DNA of 64,000 nt from Octopus vulgaris (GCA_951406725.2 OX597838.1:17112001-17176000); one strand, 5' to 3'; numbered from the stretch's first letter, positions 13,304-26,960 are shown. Numbers and translations: made by a program. The notes: generated by a model not told the origin, from the letters alone.

Positions 13304-13394
13304 TTTTAGCTGATGAGTACGGGACACGTTTATATGCTGTAATTTTTGCAACTTTTAATAAAACCTGTCCTTGTATGAAACGATTGTACTAAAA
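13304..13394 (+). ncRNA. Type I hammerhead ribozyme in the inverted pseudo-LTR
   Basis: TTTTAG-CTGATGA-GTACGGGACA...TGTCCTTGTAT-GAAA-CGATTG-TA-CTAAAA: stem I TTTTAG/CTAAAA, long stem II, GUA site after 13388. Confidence 0.85.
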
Positions 13395-13540
13395 ACCTAT
13401 CCATTCTTGTTGCTTCATTCTCGCTTATAATCACCCCACATTACTGTATTGTTAAATCAGTATAGTTTTTTTGGTGCATCTAAGTTAGGTACCATATTCA
13501 AGTAAATTCATTTAAATTAACTTGAATCTTTATTGCTTTT

Positions 13541-13601
<61 letters not shown>

Positions 13602-13734
13602 CGGAGATGTACTTGCATAGCAAGTGACCGGATCTGAGATCGTGTGCTGGAACGAAAGCAATTGCAGCGTGGAAGGTCTTTATAAACCATTTAAGAAACG
13701 GTTTTTGCATATAAACACCATCCACGCTGCAACT

Positions 13735-13987
13735 GTAGCGGCAGACGAAATACCTATTTCTTTACTACCCACAAGGGGCTACACACAGAGGGGACAAACA
13801 AGGACAGACAAACGGATTAAGTCGATTATATCGACCCCAGTGCGTAACTGTTACTTATTTAATCGACCCCGAAAGGATGATAGGCAAAGTCAACTTCGGC
13901 GGAATTTGAACTCAGAAGGTAGCGGCAGACGAAATACGGCTACGCATTTCGCCCGGCGTGCTAACGTTTCTGCCAACTCGCCGCCTT
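13735..13987 (-). mobile_element. SINE family C (monomer plus start of second unit)
   Basis: Family C sequence with AAAGAAATA|GGTATTTCGTCTG junction. Confidence 0.85.
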
Positions 13988-14029
13988 AACAGCTATGGTA
14001 ATAATGCCATTAAGAACAGTATTTATAAA

Positions 14030-14353
14030 AAGTACTCCGTCGGTTACGACGACGAGGGTCCCAGCTGATACGATCCACGGAACAGCTTGCTCGTGAAATT
14101 AACATGCAGTGGCTGAGCACTCGACAGACACGTGTACCCTTAACGTAGTTCTCAGGAAGATTCAGCATGACACAGAGTGTGACAAGGCCGGCCCTTTCAA
14201 ATACAGGTACAACTCATTTTTGCCAGCTGAGTGGACTGGAGCAATGTGAAATAAAGTGTCTTGCTCAAGGACACAACGCGTCGCCGGGAATTGAACTCAC
14301 GACATTACAATCGTGAGCCGGAATGCCCTAACCACTAAGCCACGCGCCTTCAC
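14030..14353 (-). mobile_element. CORE-type SINE carrying tail 1
   Basis: tRNA head, CORE-like TGTGTCCTTGAGCAAGACACTT..CTCAGCTG..AAATGAG, then the family A tail; AGAACAGTA on both sides. Confidence 0.85.
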
Positions 14354-14429
14354 TTGAGAACAGTACTACCAGCAACAACAGCAGCAACAACAACAGCAGC
14401 AGCAGCAACAGTAACAACAATATTTAAGG

Positions 14430-14812
14430 GGAAGCACTCCGTCGGTTACGGCGACGAGGGTTCCGGTTGATCCGATCAACGGAACAGCCTGCTCATGAAA
14501 TTAACGTGTAAGTGGCTGAGCACTCCACAGACACGTGTACCCTTAACGTACTTCTCGGGGATATTCAGCGTGACACAGAGAGTGACAAGGCCGGCCCTTT
14601 GAAATACAGGTACAACAGAAACAGGAAGTAAGAGTGAGAGAAAGTTGTGGTGAAAGAGTACAGCAGGGATCACCACCATCCTCTGCCGGAGCCTCATGGA
14701 GGTTTAGGTGTTTTCGCTCAATAAACACTCACAACGCCCAGTCTGGGAATCGAAACCGCGATCCTACGACCGCGAGTCCGCTGCCCTAACCACTGGGCCA
14801 TTGCGCCTCCAC
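14430..14812 (-). mobile_element. SINE family A (tail 1), full length
   Basis: Near-identical to 283-665; AACAACAATAT on both flanks. Confidence 0.9.
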
Positions 14813-14896
14813 AACAACAATATAATCAAATATAGAAAGATCAACGGCAGCAATCTAAAGAAGAAAAAAAACCGTAACAGCAATAATACCACCACC

Positions 14897-14958
<62 letters not shown>

Positions 14959-15636
14959 AATAATAAGATTATATTATTTTATATAGAAACATCAATGGCT
15001 ATTGCTTTTAAAAAAATACATTCATTCCAATAACAAGAACTGCTCTGAAAACGAACGCGAACAAGAGTTTACTCCAACTATCAATTCTAATAAAACAGCA
15101 ACAACAGGAATAAAACAAGAAGCGGTTAGTTAATTTGTTGCAGATAGATGCACCATTTTTCCACAAAGGTTGCTTTCTTCGATGTTGATTACCCTGTCAT
15201 TGTCTGTTTTTTGCTTTTAAAAATTTATTTTATGTTTTTTTTTTCCCCTTCAAATATATCATAAAAAAAAAAAAAAACACACACACTATATTTAAACAAA
15301 TATATTCCTGATTTAGAAAAATCGAAATTACCCACAATGCAGGTTAACTTATTGATCTTACAATCATTTAATTAGATTTCATTTTTATTGTATTTTCTTC
15401 AAAATCTCTGCAAAGCCACCTCGACACGTCTTGCACACAACTCTCGCTCTCTCTATATATGGATATGCTCATTATGTCTACTTACTTGAGCTTTTCACTC
15501 ACACTCCACTCAAAGTACATACTCAAATATACATACAAGTTTATCGCTACATGTTTAACCATACAAACTGAGTCATAAATAACCATTCATATAAGCTCTG
15601 CTCTGTTTTGTTTTTGTTATTAACCCACCAATCGAT

Positions 15637-16052
<416 letters not shown>

Positions 16053-17157
16053 TCTCTCTGTATAAAAATCTCGATTTTTCCCATGATGGCATTGGTTTGA
16101 CGAAATTCATCGAAGTAGATTATTCTACTGACGAATGCTCGTCCTGTCGTAAACCTTCATCTGTTCCAAAGTCAGTTAATATTTCTCCGTACCAGTTACG
16201 CACTGGGGTCGATATAATCGACTTAATCCGTTTGTCTGTCCTTGTTTGTTCCCTCTGTGTGTGGCCCCTTGTGGGCAGTAAAGAAATAAGTGTGCAATGA
16301 CCGTAATGGAACCTGTGCTTAATCTCTCTCTATCACTCATCTTAGAACTTAAAAGAAGGCCTGCGAAATTCAAGTCCAACTGTAGTCGCTTACAACACAA
16401 TTATAATGAAGTGAATGTACCAATAATAGCTTCCATTTTTCTATTAACTTGCCTAATTTTCATACGCCTTGAGTTTTCAAAAGAATTTAGTCTAAAGTTA
16501 CAGTTCTTCCAGAGCTTGCTCTATTATTTGCCGCAAATACGTAAATTATGCTTTGAGATATTGAAAACGGTTTGTGAATTATAAACAGAATCTTTAAAAC
16601 ATATGCAATGATGTTATTTTGGCGTACGTTTATCATTCTCTCTCTCACAAGGTGTTCTATCCGTCTTAACCTGTGGGGAAGAATATTAGTCACCACGCTG
16701 ACTGTATCAGCTTTCATCAACACTTCAGCGTTAGAAATTAATGTGAACCAGTCAATGTTCAAAATATTTCGGAGGCACGTTCTGAGGGTTTCTCGAGCTT
16801 CCTATATGTTATCCGTGTTTTACAGAAGTGGTGTAAGCTAAACGTGTAATTACAAAAAGCCATGTAAACAGATAGGCGTTGGAGTGGCTGTGTGGTAAGT
16901 AGCTTGCTTACGAACCATATGGTTTCGGGTTCAGTCCCACTGTGTGGCACCTTGGGTAAGTGTCTTCTACTATAGCCTCGGGCCGACGCGTGAAGGATTT
17001 GTTTCTCATTGATATCTTGAGCAAGCGCATATGCACTGTTAATACTGGAATAACGACGAGTAAGTTTCAGTTTCAAAGTCATAAAACACTTTCTATGAGT
17101 TAGCTCTATTAATTTTGGAAGTAGATTGTATCTAATAGAGAAGCAGAGAACTGTGTC

Positions 17158-17530
17158 TCACCTTTCGAATTCAGTTTTCCTTTTCCAGACAAGTGTACAT
17201 CTCTCCTTTATTCCTTTAAGTTGTCCATCATTTGAAAGATGAGTTTCAGAGAGTGCAGAGATATCACCAAAATCTTGAGCTGCACTGGTTGTTGTATGTT
17301 CAGACGATAAGCTTTGAGAGCTGTTGATTTGGGTTCTTACATTCCAGCATTCAATCAATTTCAGTTTATTGTTTCTACAGTTTCGAGTATCAGTGGGGCT
17401 CTCGCCAGCCGAACCGAATTGTTCAAACATAATTGTTAAAGGCGAGCAATTTAGGTCAGCTTTTTTAGATCATTCAAGTAATGCTGTGAGCAAAACTGTC
17501 GTCTAACGAGGGAAACTTAGACACTTTGGA
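17158..17530 (-). pseudogene. Degenerate RTE-like LINE 5' fragment (AP endonuclease N-terminus)
   Basis: LKLIECWNVRTQ...DISALSETHL..GQLK resemble the APE motifs WNVRT and ALSET. Confidence 0.6.
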
Positions 17531-17934
17531 GCAATTAAGACTCTTTGATAATTCGAGTGATAAAGAAAAATCTTTGTAGGTTGTAAGCCATGCATTTCCA
17601 ATCTGTTGGGTCTGTACGAATAATCACCACCATCCCATCGCTGAATGGTTCGGAAAGAACAAACAAAAAGAAAACTCAAGCAACTCATAAAAGAAATATT
17701 TCAAATGATGCGTTAAAAAATGTCAGCTATGTCTGTACGAAATATGAGCTGTCGAAAGGAGCTTTACACAACAACACAGCGGCTCTTATCAAAATCAAAG
17801 AAAACAAAGAAAAGCCGAAGTAAAATGTTTGTCACAATAATTTTACTGGAATGTATATCAGTGCAACCGCCTCCTAGAGATATGTTTTAACAAAAGCTAA
17901 GGGATACCTTACTCCCAATGGTATTCAATGTTCT

Positions 17935-19145
17935 AAGGCGGCGAGCTGGCAGAAACGTTAGCACGCCGGGCGAAATGCTTAGCGGTATTTCGTCTGTCGT
18001 TACGTTGTGAGTTCAAATTCCGCCGAGGTCGACTTTGCCTTTCATCCTTTCGGGGTCGATAAATTAAGTACCAGTTACGAACTGGAGTCGATGTAATCGA
18101 CTTAGTTAGTTAGTCTGTCCTTGTTTGTTCCCTCTGTGTTTAGCCCCTTGTGGGTTATAAAGAAATAGGTATTTCGTCTGTCGTTACGTTGTGAGTTCAA
18201 ATTCCGTCGAGGTCGACTTTGCCTTTCATCCTTTCGGGGTCGATAAATTAAGTACCAGTTACGCACTGGGGTCGATGTAATCGACTTAATACCTATGTCT
18301 GTCCTTGTTTGTTCCCTCTGTGTTTAGCCCCTTGTGGGTAATAAAGAAATAGGTATTTCGTCTGCGTTACGTTCTGAGTTCAAATTCCGCCGAGGTTGAC
18401 TTTGCCTTTCATCCTTTCGGGGTCGATAAATTAAGTACCAGTTCCACACTGGGGTCGATGTAATCGACTTAATACCTATGTCTGTCATTGTTTGTTCCCT
18501 CTGTGTTTAGCCCCTTGTGGGTAATAAAGAAATAGAAATAGGTATTTCGTCTGCGTTACGTTGTGAGTTCAAATTCCGCCGAGGTCGACTTTGCCTTTCA
18601 TCCTTTCGGGGTCGATAAATTAAGTACCAGTTCCGCACTGGGGTCGATGTAATCGACTTAATACCTATGTCTGTCCTTGTTTGTCCCCTCTATGTTTAGC
18701 CCCTTGTGGGTAATAAAGAAATAGGTATTCAACGTTCTAAGGCGGCGAGCTGGCAGAAACGTTAGCACGCCGGGCGAAATGCTTAGCGGTATTTCGTCTG
18801 TCGTTTACGTTCTGAGTTCAAATTCCGCCGAGGTCGACTTTGCCTTTCATCCTTTCGGGGTCGATAAATTAAGTACCAGTTACGCACTGGGGTCGATGTA
18901 ATCGACTTAATACCTATGTCTGTCCTTGTTTGTCCCCTCTGTGTTTAGCCCCTTGTGAGTAATAAAGAAATAGGTATTTCGTCTGTCTTTACGTTGTGAG
19001 TTCAAATTCCGCCGAGGTCGACTTTGCCTTTCATCCTTTCGGGATCGATAAATTAAGTACCAGTTCCGACTTAATCGACTTAATACCTATGTCTGTCCTT
19101 GTTTGTTCCCTCTATGTTTAGCCCCTTGTGGGTAATAAAGAAATA
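17935..19145 (+). mobile_element. SINE family C concatemers (4 units + 2 units)
   Basis: Two headed elements (17935, 18739) followed by head-less ~180-bp units; GGTATTCAAYGTTCT at 17920, 18724 and 19146. Confidence 0.9.
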
Positions 19146-19397
19146 GGTATTCAACGTTCTGGATACCAGTCCCAAATTTGTAAATCCTCGTGCTATTTCT
19201 AGATAATTGTTGTCCCTATGAAGGGTTAATATATCTTTTGACGCGTAATCATTTGCAATGCTGAGATTTTAGTAACCCTCGTCACCAGGCTGGCATAGTG
19301 GGGGTGTGGGCCTATTCACCGGAGACCCAACCGTGCAACAGATAGGATTAGACTGTGTTGCCTGTAGCGCGCACGATCGACCTAACATATAATCATA

Positions 19398-19628
19398 TAC
19401 CTATTTCTTTATTACCCACAAGGGGCTAAACATAGAGGGGACAAACAAGGACAGACATATGTATTAAGTCGATTACATCGACACCAGTGCGTAACTGGTA
19501 CTTAATTTATCGACTCCGAAAGGATGAAAGGCAAATCGACCTCGGCGGAATTTGAACTCACAACGTAACGCAGACGAAATACCGCTAAGCATTTCGCACG
19601 GCGTGCTAACGTTTCTGCCAGCTCGCCA
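19398..19628 (-). mobile_element. SINE family C monomer
   Basis: Family C sequence, inverted relative to the adjacent array. Confidence 0.85.
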
Positions 19629-19767
19629 TACCACACTCAGCTAAATATAAGTATATTTCTACATGTGCATGAAATTCTCAATACCAAGGAAATGAATCAT
19701 CGACTGATTCCTCATATTGTACATAAGGAAAAAAAATATATTTAGCTATTTTTCAATATTTTCATTG

Positions 19768-20168
19768 ATGCTGGAGTGGCTGTGTGGTAAGTAGCTTGCT
19801 AACCAAGCGCATGGTTCTGGGTTCAATCCTACTGCGTGGCACCTTGGGCAAGTGTCTTCTACTATAGCCTCGGGCCGACCAAAGCCTTGTGAGTGGATTT
19901 AGTAGACGGAAACTGAAAGAAGCCTGTCGTATATATGTATATATATATATGTATATGTGTGTGTGTTTGTGTGTCTGTTTGTCCCCCAACATCGCTTGAC
20001 AACCGATGCTGGTGTGTTTACGTTGCCGTACCTTAAAGGTTTGGCAAAAGGGACCAATAGAATAAGTACTAGGCTTACAAAGAATAAGTTCTGAGGTCGA
20101 TTTGCTCGACTAAAGGCGGTGCTCCAGCATAGCCGCAGTCAAATGACTGAAACAAGTAAAAGAGTAAA
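19768..20168 (+). mobile_element. SINE family B, full length
   Basis: tRNA-like head, CCTTGGGCAAGTG, internal (TA)/(TG) tract, tail GGCGGTGCTCCAGCATAGCCGC..GTAAAAGAG. Confidence 0.88.
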
Positions 20169-20609
20169 GATCGAATTGTGGTTTTATTGTCATGTCGCAT
20201 CTTCGCCACCCATGCATAAACGAATGACTCTCGTTCCCACTTTGTTTTAGCGCATGAGATCTAGCTGTGACAGCACATTCTCCTCTGTGGTTAGCGTTGA
20301 AGAGTGGCTGTGTGGTAAGTAGCTTGCTTACCAACCCCATGGTTCCGGGTTCAGTCCTACTGGTTGTTAAGAAATAGATATATTAGCAACAGAGGCGGTG
20401 TTGAGACCTAGAGGTGATATTCGTTCCCACTTAAACGTGGATATTCTGAGAGAGTGAGAGAAAGAAAATGAGAGAGAGAAAGAGAGAGAGAAATTCGTTG
20501 AAATGCTTTTGATCATTGAGTTGCTGCTTCTCTAGCGCTTACCTAGGGTTAAATAACAACGATGACGACGACAACGACAACGACAACAATTTATTATCGC
20601 CATCAATAA

Positions 20610-20926
20610 ACGATAAACGTCGCCCTTTTCGAGCCTAGCCAGGTTCATGGGCCCGATTTCCCGGTTTCGGTGACGTATGTGTCCCCCCTCCCAGCTGGAC
20701 GGGACGCCAGTTCATCGCAGCGCTAGGCAAGAAACAGGAAGAGAGAGTGAGAGAAAGTTGGGGCGAAAGAGTACAGCAGGGGTCGCCACCATCCCCTGCC
20801 GGAGCCTCGTGGAGCTTTGGGGTGTTTTCGCTCAATAAACACACACAACGCCCGGTCTGGGAATCGAAACCGCGATTCTCCGACCGCGAGTCCGCTGCCC
20901 TAACCACTGGGCCATTGCGCCTCCAC
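20610..20926 (-). mobile_element. SINE family A head with tail 2, 14-bp TSD
   Basis: ATCGCCATCAATAA at 20596-20609 and 20927-20940; tail contains CTGCGATGAACTGGCGTCCCGTCCAG. Confidence 0.88.
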
Positions 20927-21246
20927 ATCGCCATCAATAATTGTTTCGTAATAGATATAAAGTAACAACAACAACAACAAAAACAGCGCAATAAGAGTAA
21001 GAACAACAATAAAAGAAAAACCTGAAGAAGGATCTAAGTGAGTGTGGGTGTAGCTTGAGGTGTAATTAGGATTACTAATAACTGGAGTAGAGGTCATGGA
21101 AGTATCGGTAATTATCAAACGTCGTCATTTGGACAGAGGCCATAGTTAATGTGGTCTACATAATTAATGGACAGAAAAGTAATCTTAGTAATAACATTAT
21201 TGATGCAGCTTATACAACAACAATAGCAGCAACAGCAACATCAAGC

Positions 21247-21425
21247 GGTGGTTAGGGCAGCGGACTCGCGGTCGTAAGAACGCGGTTTCGATTCCCCAGA
21301 CCGGGCACTGTGAGTGTTTATTGAGCAAAAACACCCAAGCTCCATGAAGCTCCCGTGGGGGATTTTGGTGAATCCCGCTGTACTCTTTCACCACAACTTT
21401 CTCTCACTCTTTCTTCCTACTTCTG
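21247..21425 (+). mobile_element. SINE family A, partial
   Basis: Head and body homologous to 283-470. Confidence 0.75.
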
Positions 21426-22281
21426 CCACAAAGCAGAGGAACCATGGGGTAACCCACTATCGTGTAGTAAACTTTCAGACTCTAGTCTAGATTGCGAATC
21501 CTTTGTACCCCATGATGGTTCAGCTATTCACCCGTTAAAAGCCACCGTTTACGGAATGAGGATAACAACGTAGCTTTCGCACCCGTGCAAAACCGCCAGT
21601 CTATCGCGTGTGAGGGGGTGGATCTTCAAGTTGCCACACGCACTCTTAGTAGCTTAGTGTAGGCTCGAATTAGAGATTATTGTTTGTGGCTAATGGCGTG
21701 CGTCCTGATCGGAAGAAGAAGAAGAAAAAGAAGAAGAAGAAGAAGGAGGAGGAGGAGGAGGAGAAGAAGAAGACAGTAACAACAGCAGCAGCAAAAGCGG
21801 CAACAAACAATTTTTCCTCTTTACTCCAAATCACTCCGAGCAAGGTTGAAATGCCTCATCTGTGTGAAGGACTTGAGTAAATGCAGGAATGATATTAATG
21901 CCATAAACCTATATGTATATATATACATGGTTCTTTAAGATAACAAATAAAGATGACAATAAAATAAAAATAATTAGCATAAGCTATAATGAGAAGGTAA
22001 TAAAATAACTGATAGTTATAAAATACGTTAAATGAGGTGATGATATAGGAGTTAATAAAATGATATAATGTGAGGTGGTAATAAAAAAAAATAATCAAGA
22101 GGGGGGAAATGAAAATAGCCAAAATTCAGTAATGTACTTATTAACTTTGAATTTAATATTTCAAAGTCATATTTTGCGGGAAAACTATGGGGATAAAATT
22201 TAATATACCATTCAGTTTATTTTGGGAAAACCCTTTGTGTGCAAAACTTGCAGCATGTCTCTAAGATATCCAGGAAGCATA

Positions 22282-22754
22282 GATCTGGTCATCAAATCTA
22301 AGTAGAGACTTCAAACTTGAAATCTTCAAAGCCACAGTCGAACCAATTCTACTATATGGCTCAGAAACCTGGACGCTATCAAAGAAGCTTGAGAGGCGGT
22401 TGGATGGAACCTACACTCGCCTCCTTATGAGAGCTCAAAATCTCTCGTGGAAGCACCATCCAACCAAAATGCAAATATATGGGAAACTACCACCTGTGTC
22501 ATCTCTTGTGAAAGGTAGGAGAGTCCAGTTTGCTGGACATTGTTGTAGAGCTGAAAAAGAAGTAATTTCTACTCTTCTCCTCTGGAAGCCATCTACTCGC
22601 AACACCAGAGGGCGCACACTCTCCTACCCAGATGTAACCTCCAGGGATACAGGCATCCAGCAACAGGACCTCCGTAATGCCATGATGAACCGTGAAGTCT
22701 GGCGTAGCATGGTAAATTCCATTGTCTCGACCACGGTCGAACAATGATGATGAT
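22282..22754 (+). mobile_element. RTE-like LINE 3' fragment (RT C-terminus) with (TGA)n tail
   Basis: FKATVEPILLYGSETWTL..LDGTYTRLLMRA..QFAGHCCRA..AMMNREVWR; stop followed by TGATGATGA. Confidence 0.85.
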
Positions 22755-23042
22755 AGATATAATTCTCTAAATTTGAAGAAACGAGTTCAGAAGAGAAAAC
22801 CCTCCCGACTGGGGGGTGGGGGGGACTTGTGAATGACCCTCTTTTTATTTTTACTTTAAAGGAAATAAAAGTAAGAAAAGCTCAGATTCGCAACGTCCCG
22901 TTGAAGTGATGTAGATACACCTTCGCTAATTCGACACGCGTTCGATTCCGCGCTGAAGAATGAACTGTAGTTGTTTAGAGGAATCCGTGCAAAATGTGTG
23001 AACAGTACTTAATTTTTAGGCGTATCTGCGCCTAAAGACGTA

Positions 23043-23440
23043 TAGGCGCAGGAGTGGCTGTGTGGTAAGTAGCTTGCTTACCAACCACATGGTTCCGGGT
23101 TCAGTCCCACTGCGTGGCATCTTGGGCAAGTGTCTTCTGCTATAGCCCCGGGCCGACCAATGCCTTGTGAGTGGATTTGGTAGACGGAAACTGAAAGAAG
23201 CCTGTCGTATATATGTATATATATATATGTGTGTATGTGTATATGTTTGTGTGTCTGTGTTTGTCCCCCTAGCATTGCTTGACAACCGATGCTGGTTTGT
23301 TTATGTCCCCGTCACTTAGCGGTTCGGCAAAAAGAGACCGATAGAATAAGTACTAAAGGCGGTGCTCCAGCATGGCCGCAGTCAAATGACTGAAACAAGT
23401 AAAAGAGTAAAAGAGTAAAAGAGAGAAAGAGTAAAAGAGT
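23043..23440 (+). mobile_element. SINE family B with (GTAAAAGA)n tail
   Basis: Family B sequence with a small internal deletion. Confidence 0.88.
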
Positions 23441-24069
23441 ATCTAATTCGTGTTCAGTTACAATATAACTTCAATGGAAGAACAAGCCCACCAGTCTAGT
23501 CGCTACCTAGGCAGACGTAATGTAGGAGTCTTATTTGAAGGAATTTGTGGATTTAACGGAGAAACTACTCTAGATATATCGGAATAGGGAGACGGGTAGG
23601 AATATCAAAATGGTGGTGCTGGGGAGAGTCTAAATAAAATACAGCGTTGCTGTTGAGATCGAACGTAGAATAGCAACACTGGGAACAATACTGTCGGGCG
23701 AGGAGAACCCAATCTTATATTAGGCTTTTTAGAAAAAACGCTCAATAGTAATACGCAGCAAAAACCATTTTAGACCTCCCGCTAATCTAGCGAGTAGGCT
23801 GAGTCAACCGATCTACTAGAGACCAAGGTGAGCTACTCTTCTGATTGTATTTTTTCCCTCTCCAATGAACATGATTGTCCTTGGAGTCGATTGTATAAAT
23901 GCGCACACCCTGGGGTTAGCTTAGAAGCAAAGTTACTCAATCAACAAACTCGCGTTGCTTGATGTAAATAGGATAGTTATCGGCATAAATAGGATAGCTA
24001 TCATCCGGGTCAATTCCTTTTTCATTTTGTCGGCTGGTGCCATGAGGAATGTTTTTATATCTGTTCTGC

Positions 24070-24623
24070 TCTAGACACAAGGCCCGAAATTTTAAGGGAG
24101 AGGGCCAGTCGATTAGATCGACCCCAGTACGCAACTGGTACTTAATTTATCGATCCCGAAAGGATGAAAGGCAATGTCGACCTCGGCGGAATTTGAACTC
24201 AGAACGGAAAGACAGACGAAATACCTATTTCTTTACTACCCACAATGAGCGAAACAAGGACAGACAAACGGATTAAGTCGATTATATCGACCCCAGTGCG
24301 TAACTCGTACTTAATTTATCGACCCCGAAAGGATGAAAGGCAAAGTCGACCTCGGCGGAATTTGAACTCAGAACATAGCGGCAGACGAAATACCTATTTC
24401 TTTACTACCCACAAGGGGCTAAACATAGAGGGGACAAACAAGGACAGACAAACGGATTAAGCCGATTATATCGACCCCAGTGCGTCACTGGTACTTTATC
24501 GACCCCGAAAGGATGAAAGGCAAAGTTGATCTCGGCGGAATTTGAACTCAGAACGTAGCGGCAGGCGAAATACCGCTAAGCATTTCGCCCGGTGTGCTAA
24601 CGTTTCTGCTAGCTCACCGCCTT
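24070..24623 (-). mobile_element. SINE family C trimer
   Basis: One head, three units, GAAATA|GGTATTTCG junctions; the last unit ends in a different tail. Confidence 0.85.
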
Positions 24624-25195
24624 GGAATGTTTCTATATCGTGAGAGGCACAATTTTTCGTTAATCTCTGCAATAGAACGACTAAATAACGCAAAAAAAAA
24701 AAATCATTTTAGTGGTGGTTATCGGCAAAACCAGGATCTCTGAAATACATGCATTCTTTGGGTAACTGACAGCCACAAAGTGAATAAGTTTTGTCTTCCA
24801 TTACACCCATACCAAACTTATTACATAAATTCCACTTCTTATCGACGAGAATTCCTTTTAATTGATGGAATTGAACATCCTTTGAGAAACGTCTCAGCTG
24901 TGCAGGAAGATAACACCTTAATGTCGCTACGGGCTGTAACGACTCTCAAAAGCTGTCTAGATGGATCAGTTGAGCTTCCGAAATGTTGATATTAGTACTG
25001 CTACTGAAAATAAATTTGTGTGCAGGATGAAAGCTTCGCCATGTTTTAAAATGCCATATACATTATGAACGCTTATGTATGTACACTTGTATGCAAGTAT
25101 TTATGCATGCATATGCCTATATATATATATATTAGTCCCTTAATATTTTAGATTCAATGTTTCATCTATTCAATAAGACAATCAATACTTCATTT

Positions 25196-25233
<38 letters not shown>

Positions 25234-25274
25234 TTTGTACAATATATTCTACAATATATTATAAATATAAATAA

Positions 25275-25450
<176 letters not shown>

Positions 25451-25791
25451 TGTACACATAGATGAGAGCATTCGGTTTCAGCCTACCAAATCCACTGACA
25501 ATGAGTTGGTCGGCTCTAGTCTATTGTAGAAGACACTTGCAGTGGGATTGCCATGCAGTGGGATTGAACTCGAAACTATGTAGTTTACACACGCACACAC
25601 ACACATACAATACACATTTCCACGCTTCTAATAAAAAGCTCTAAATACTTGTTTGTTTATATTTATACACACATGGTTTATGTGTGTGTTACTTGTACAT
25701 GTACATATATATAAGCTTTTATAAACGTACGTGTATGCATGTATATATACATATATATATATATACATACATACATATATATATATATATA

Positions 25792-25999
25792 ACGGGAAGC
25801 TTTATGAAAATAAACAAAAGACGAAGGCAGGTGGAAAACAAACGAACAATTGTATTAGTATGGCGCTCAGGAAATATAAATAAAACAAGTCTTTAACGTT
25901 TCGAGCCTACGCTCTTCAACAGAAAGATACACAGAGAGAGAAAACACAGAAAGAAGGAGAGAAAAAAAAATGCGTGCAGTAGCTAACGAATCAACATGG

Positions 26000-26001
<2 letters not shown>
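25792..26001 (-). mobile_element. Short hammerhead-bearing element (copy 2) in (TA)n
   Basis: Homologous to 4950-5118; (TA)n on both sides. Confidence 0.8.
25890..25927 (-). ncRNA. Ultra-minimal hammerhead-like motif, A6U variant
   Basis: TCTTT-CTGTTGA-A-GAGC-GTAG-GCTC-GAAA-CGTT-AAAGA. Confidence 0.65.
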
Positions 26002-26053
<52 letters not shown>

Positions 26054-26195
26054 CGCCGAGGTCAACTTTGCCTTTCATCCTTTCGGGGTCGATAAATTAA
26101 GTACCAGTTACCCACTGGGGTCGATGTAATCGACTTAATCCCTTTGTCTGTCCTTGTTTGTCCCCTCTATGTTTAGCCCCTTGTGGGAGGTAAAG

Positions 26196-26246
<51 letters not shown>

Positions 26247-26499
26247 TATGTACACACACTCACACAAACACGCACGTAGGAACAAACGAGAGATAAAACC
26301 CAATGCATAGATTTATACGTAGGTGTAATATTATAGAAATGACTTGAACACCGAGAGTCTATGGATGCCCCTTTATGGTGATGGCGATGATGCCTTTATG
26401 CCTTTATGCAGATGGTGATGATGATAATCACAACAATAATAATGTGTGCATGTAGATATGCATACCTGTATATATTCTATATAAGCATGTGTGTACGTG

Positions 26500-26960
<461 letters not shown>

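Larger units (their letters stand above)
9859..13542 (-). mobile_element. 5'-truncated Penelope-like retroelement with inverted pseudo-LTRs, inserted in (TA)n
   Basis: Inverted repeat 9859-10217 vs 13065-13424; RT-thumb/GIY-YIG ORF; a hammerhead in each repeat; (TA)n on both flanks. Confidence 0.92.

Noticed and set aside
17935-19145. CRISPR-like or gene-array reading of the regular ~180-bp repeats
   Set aside because: No unique spacers or cas genes; the units are SINE bodies in eukaryotic DNA
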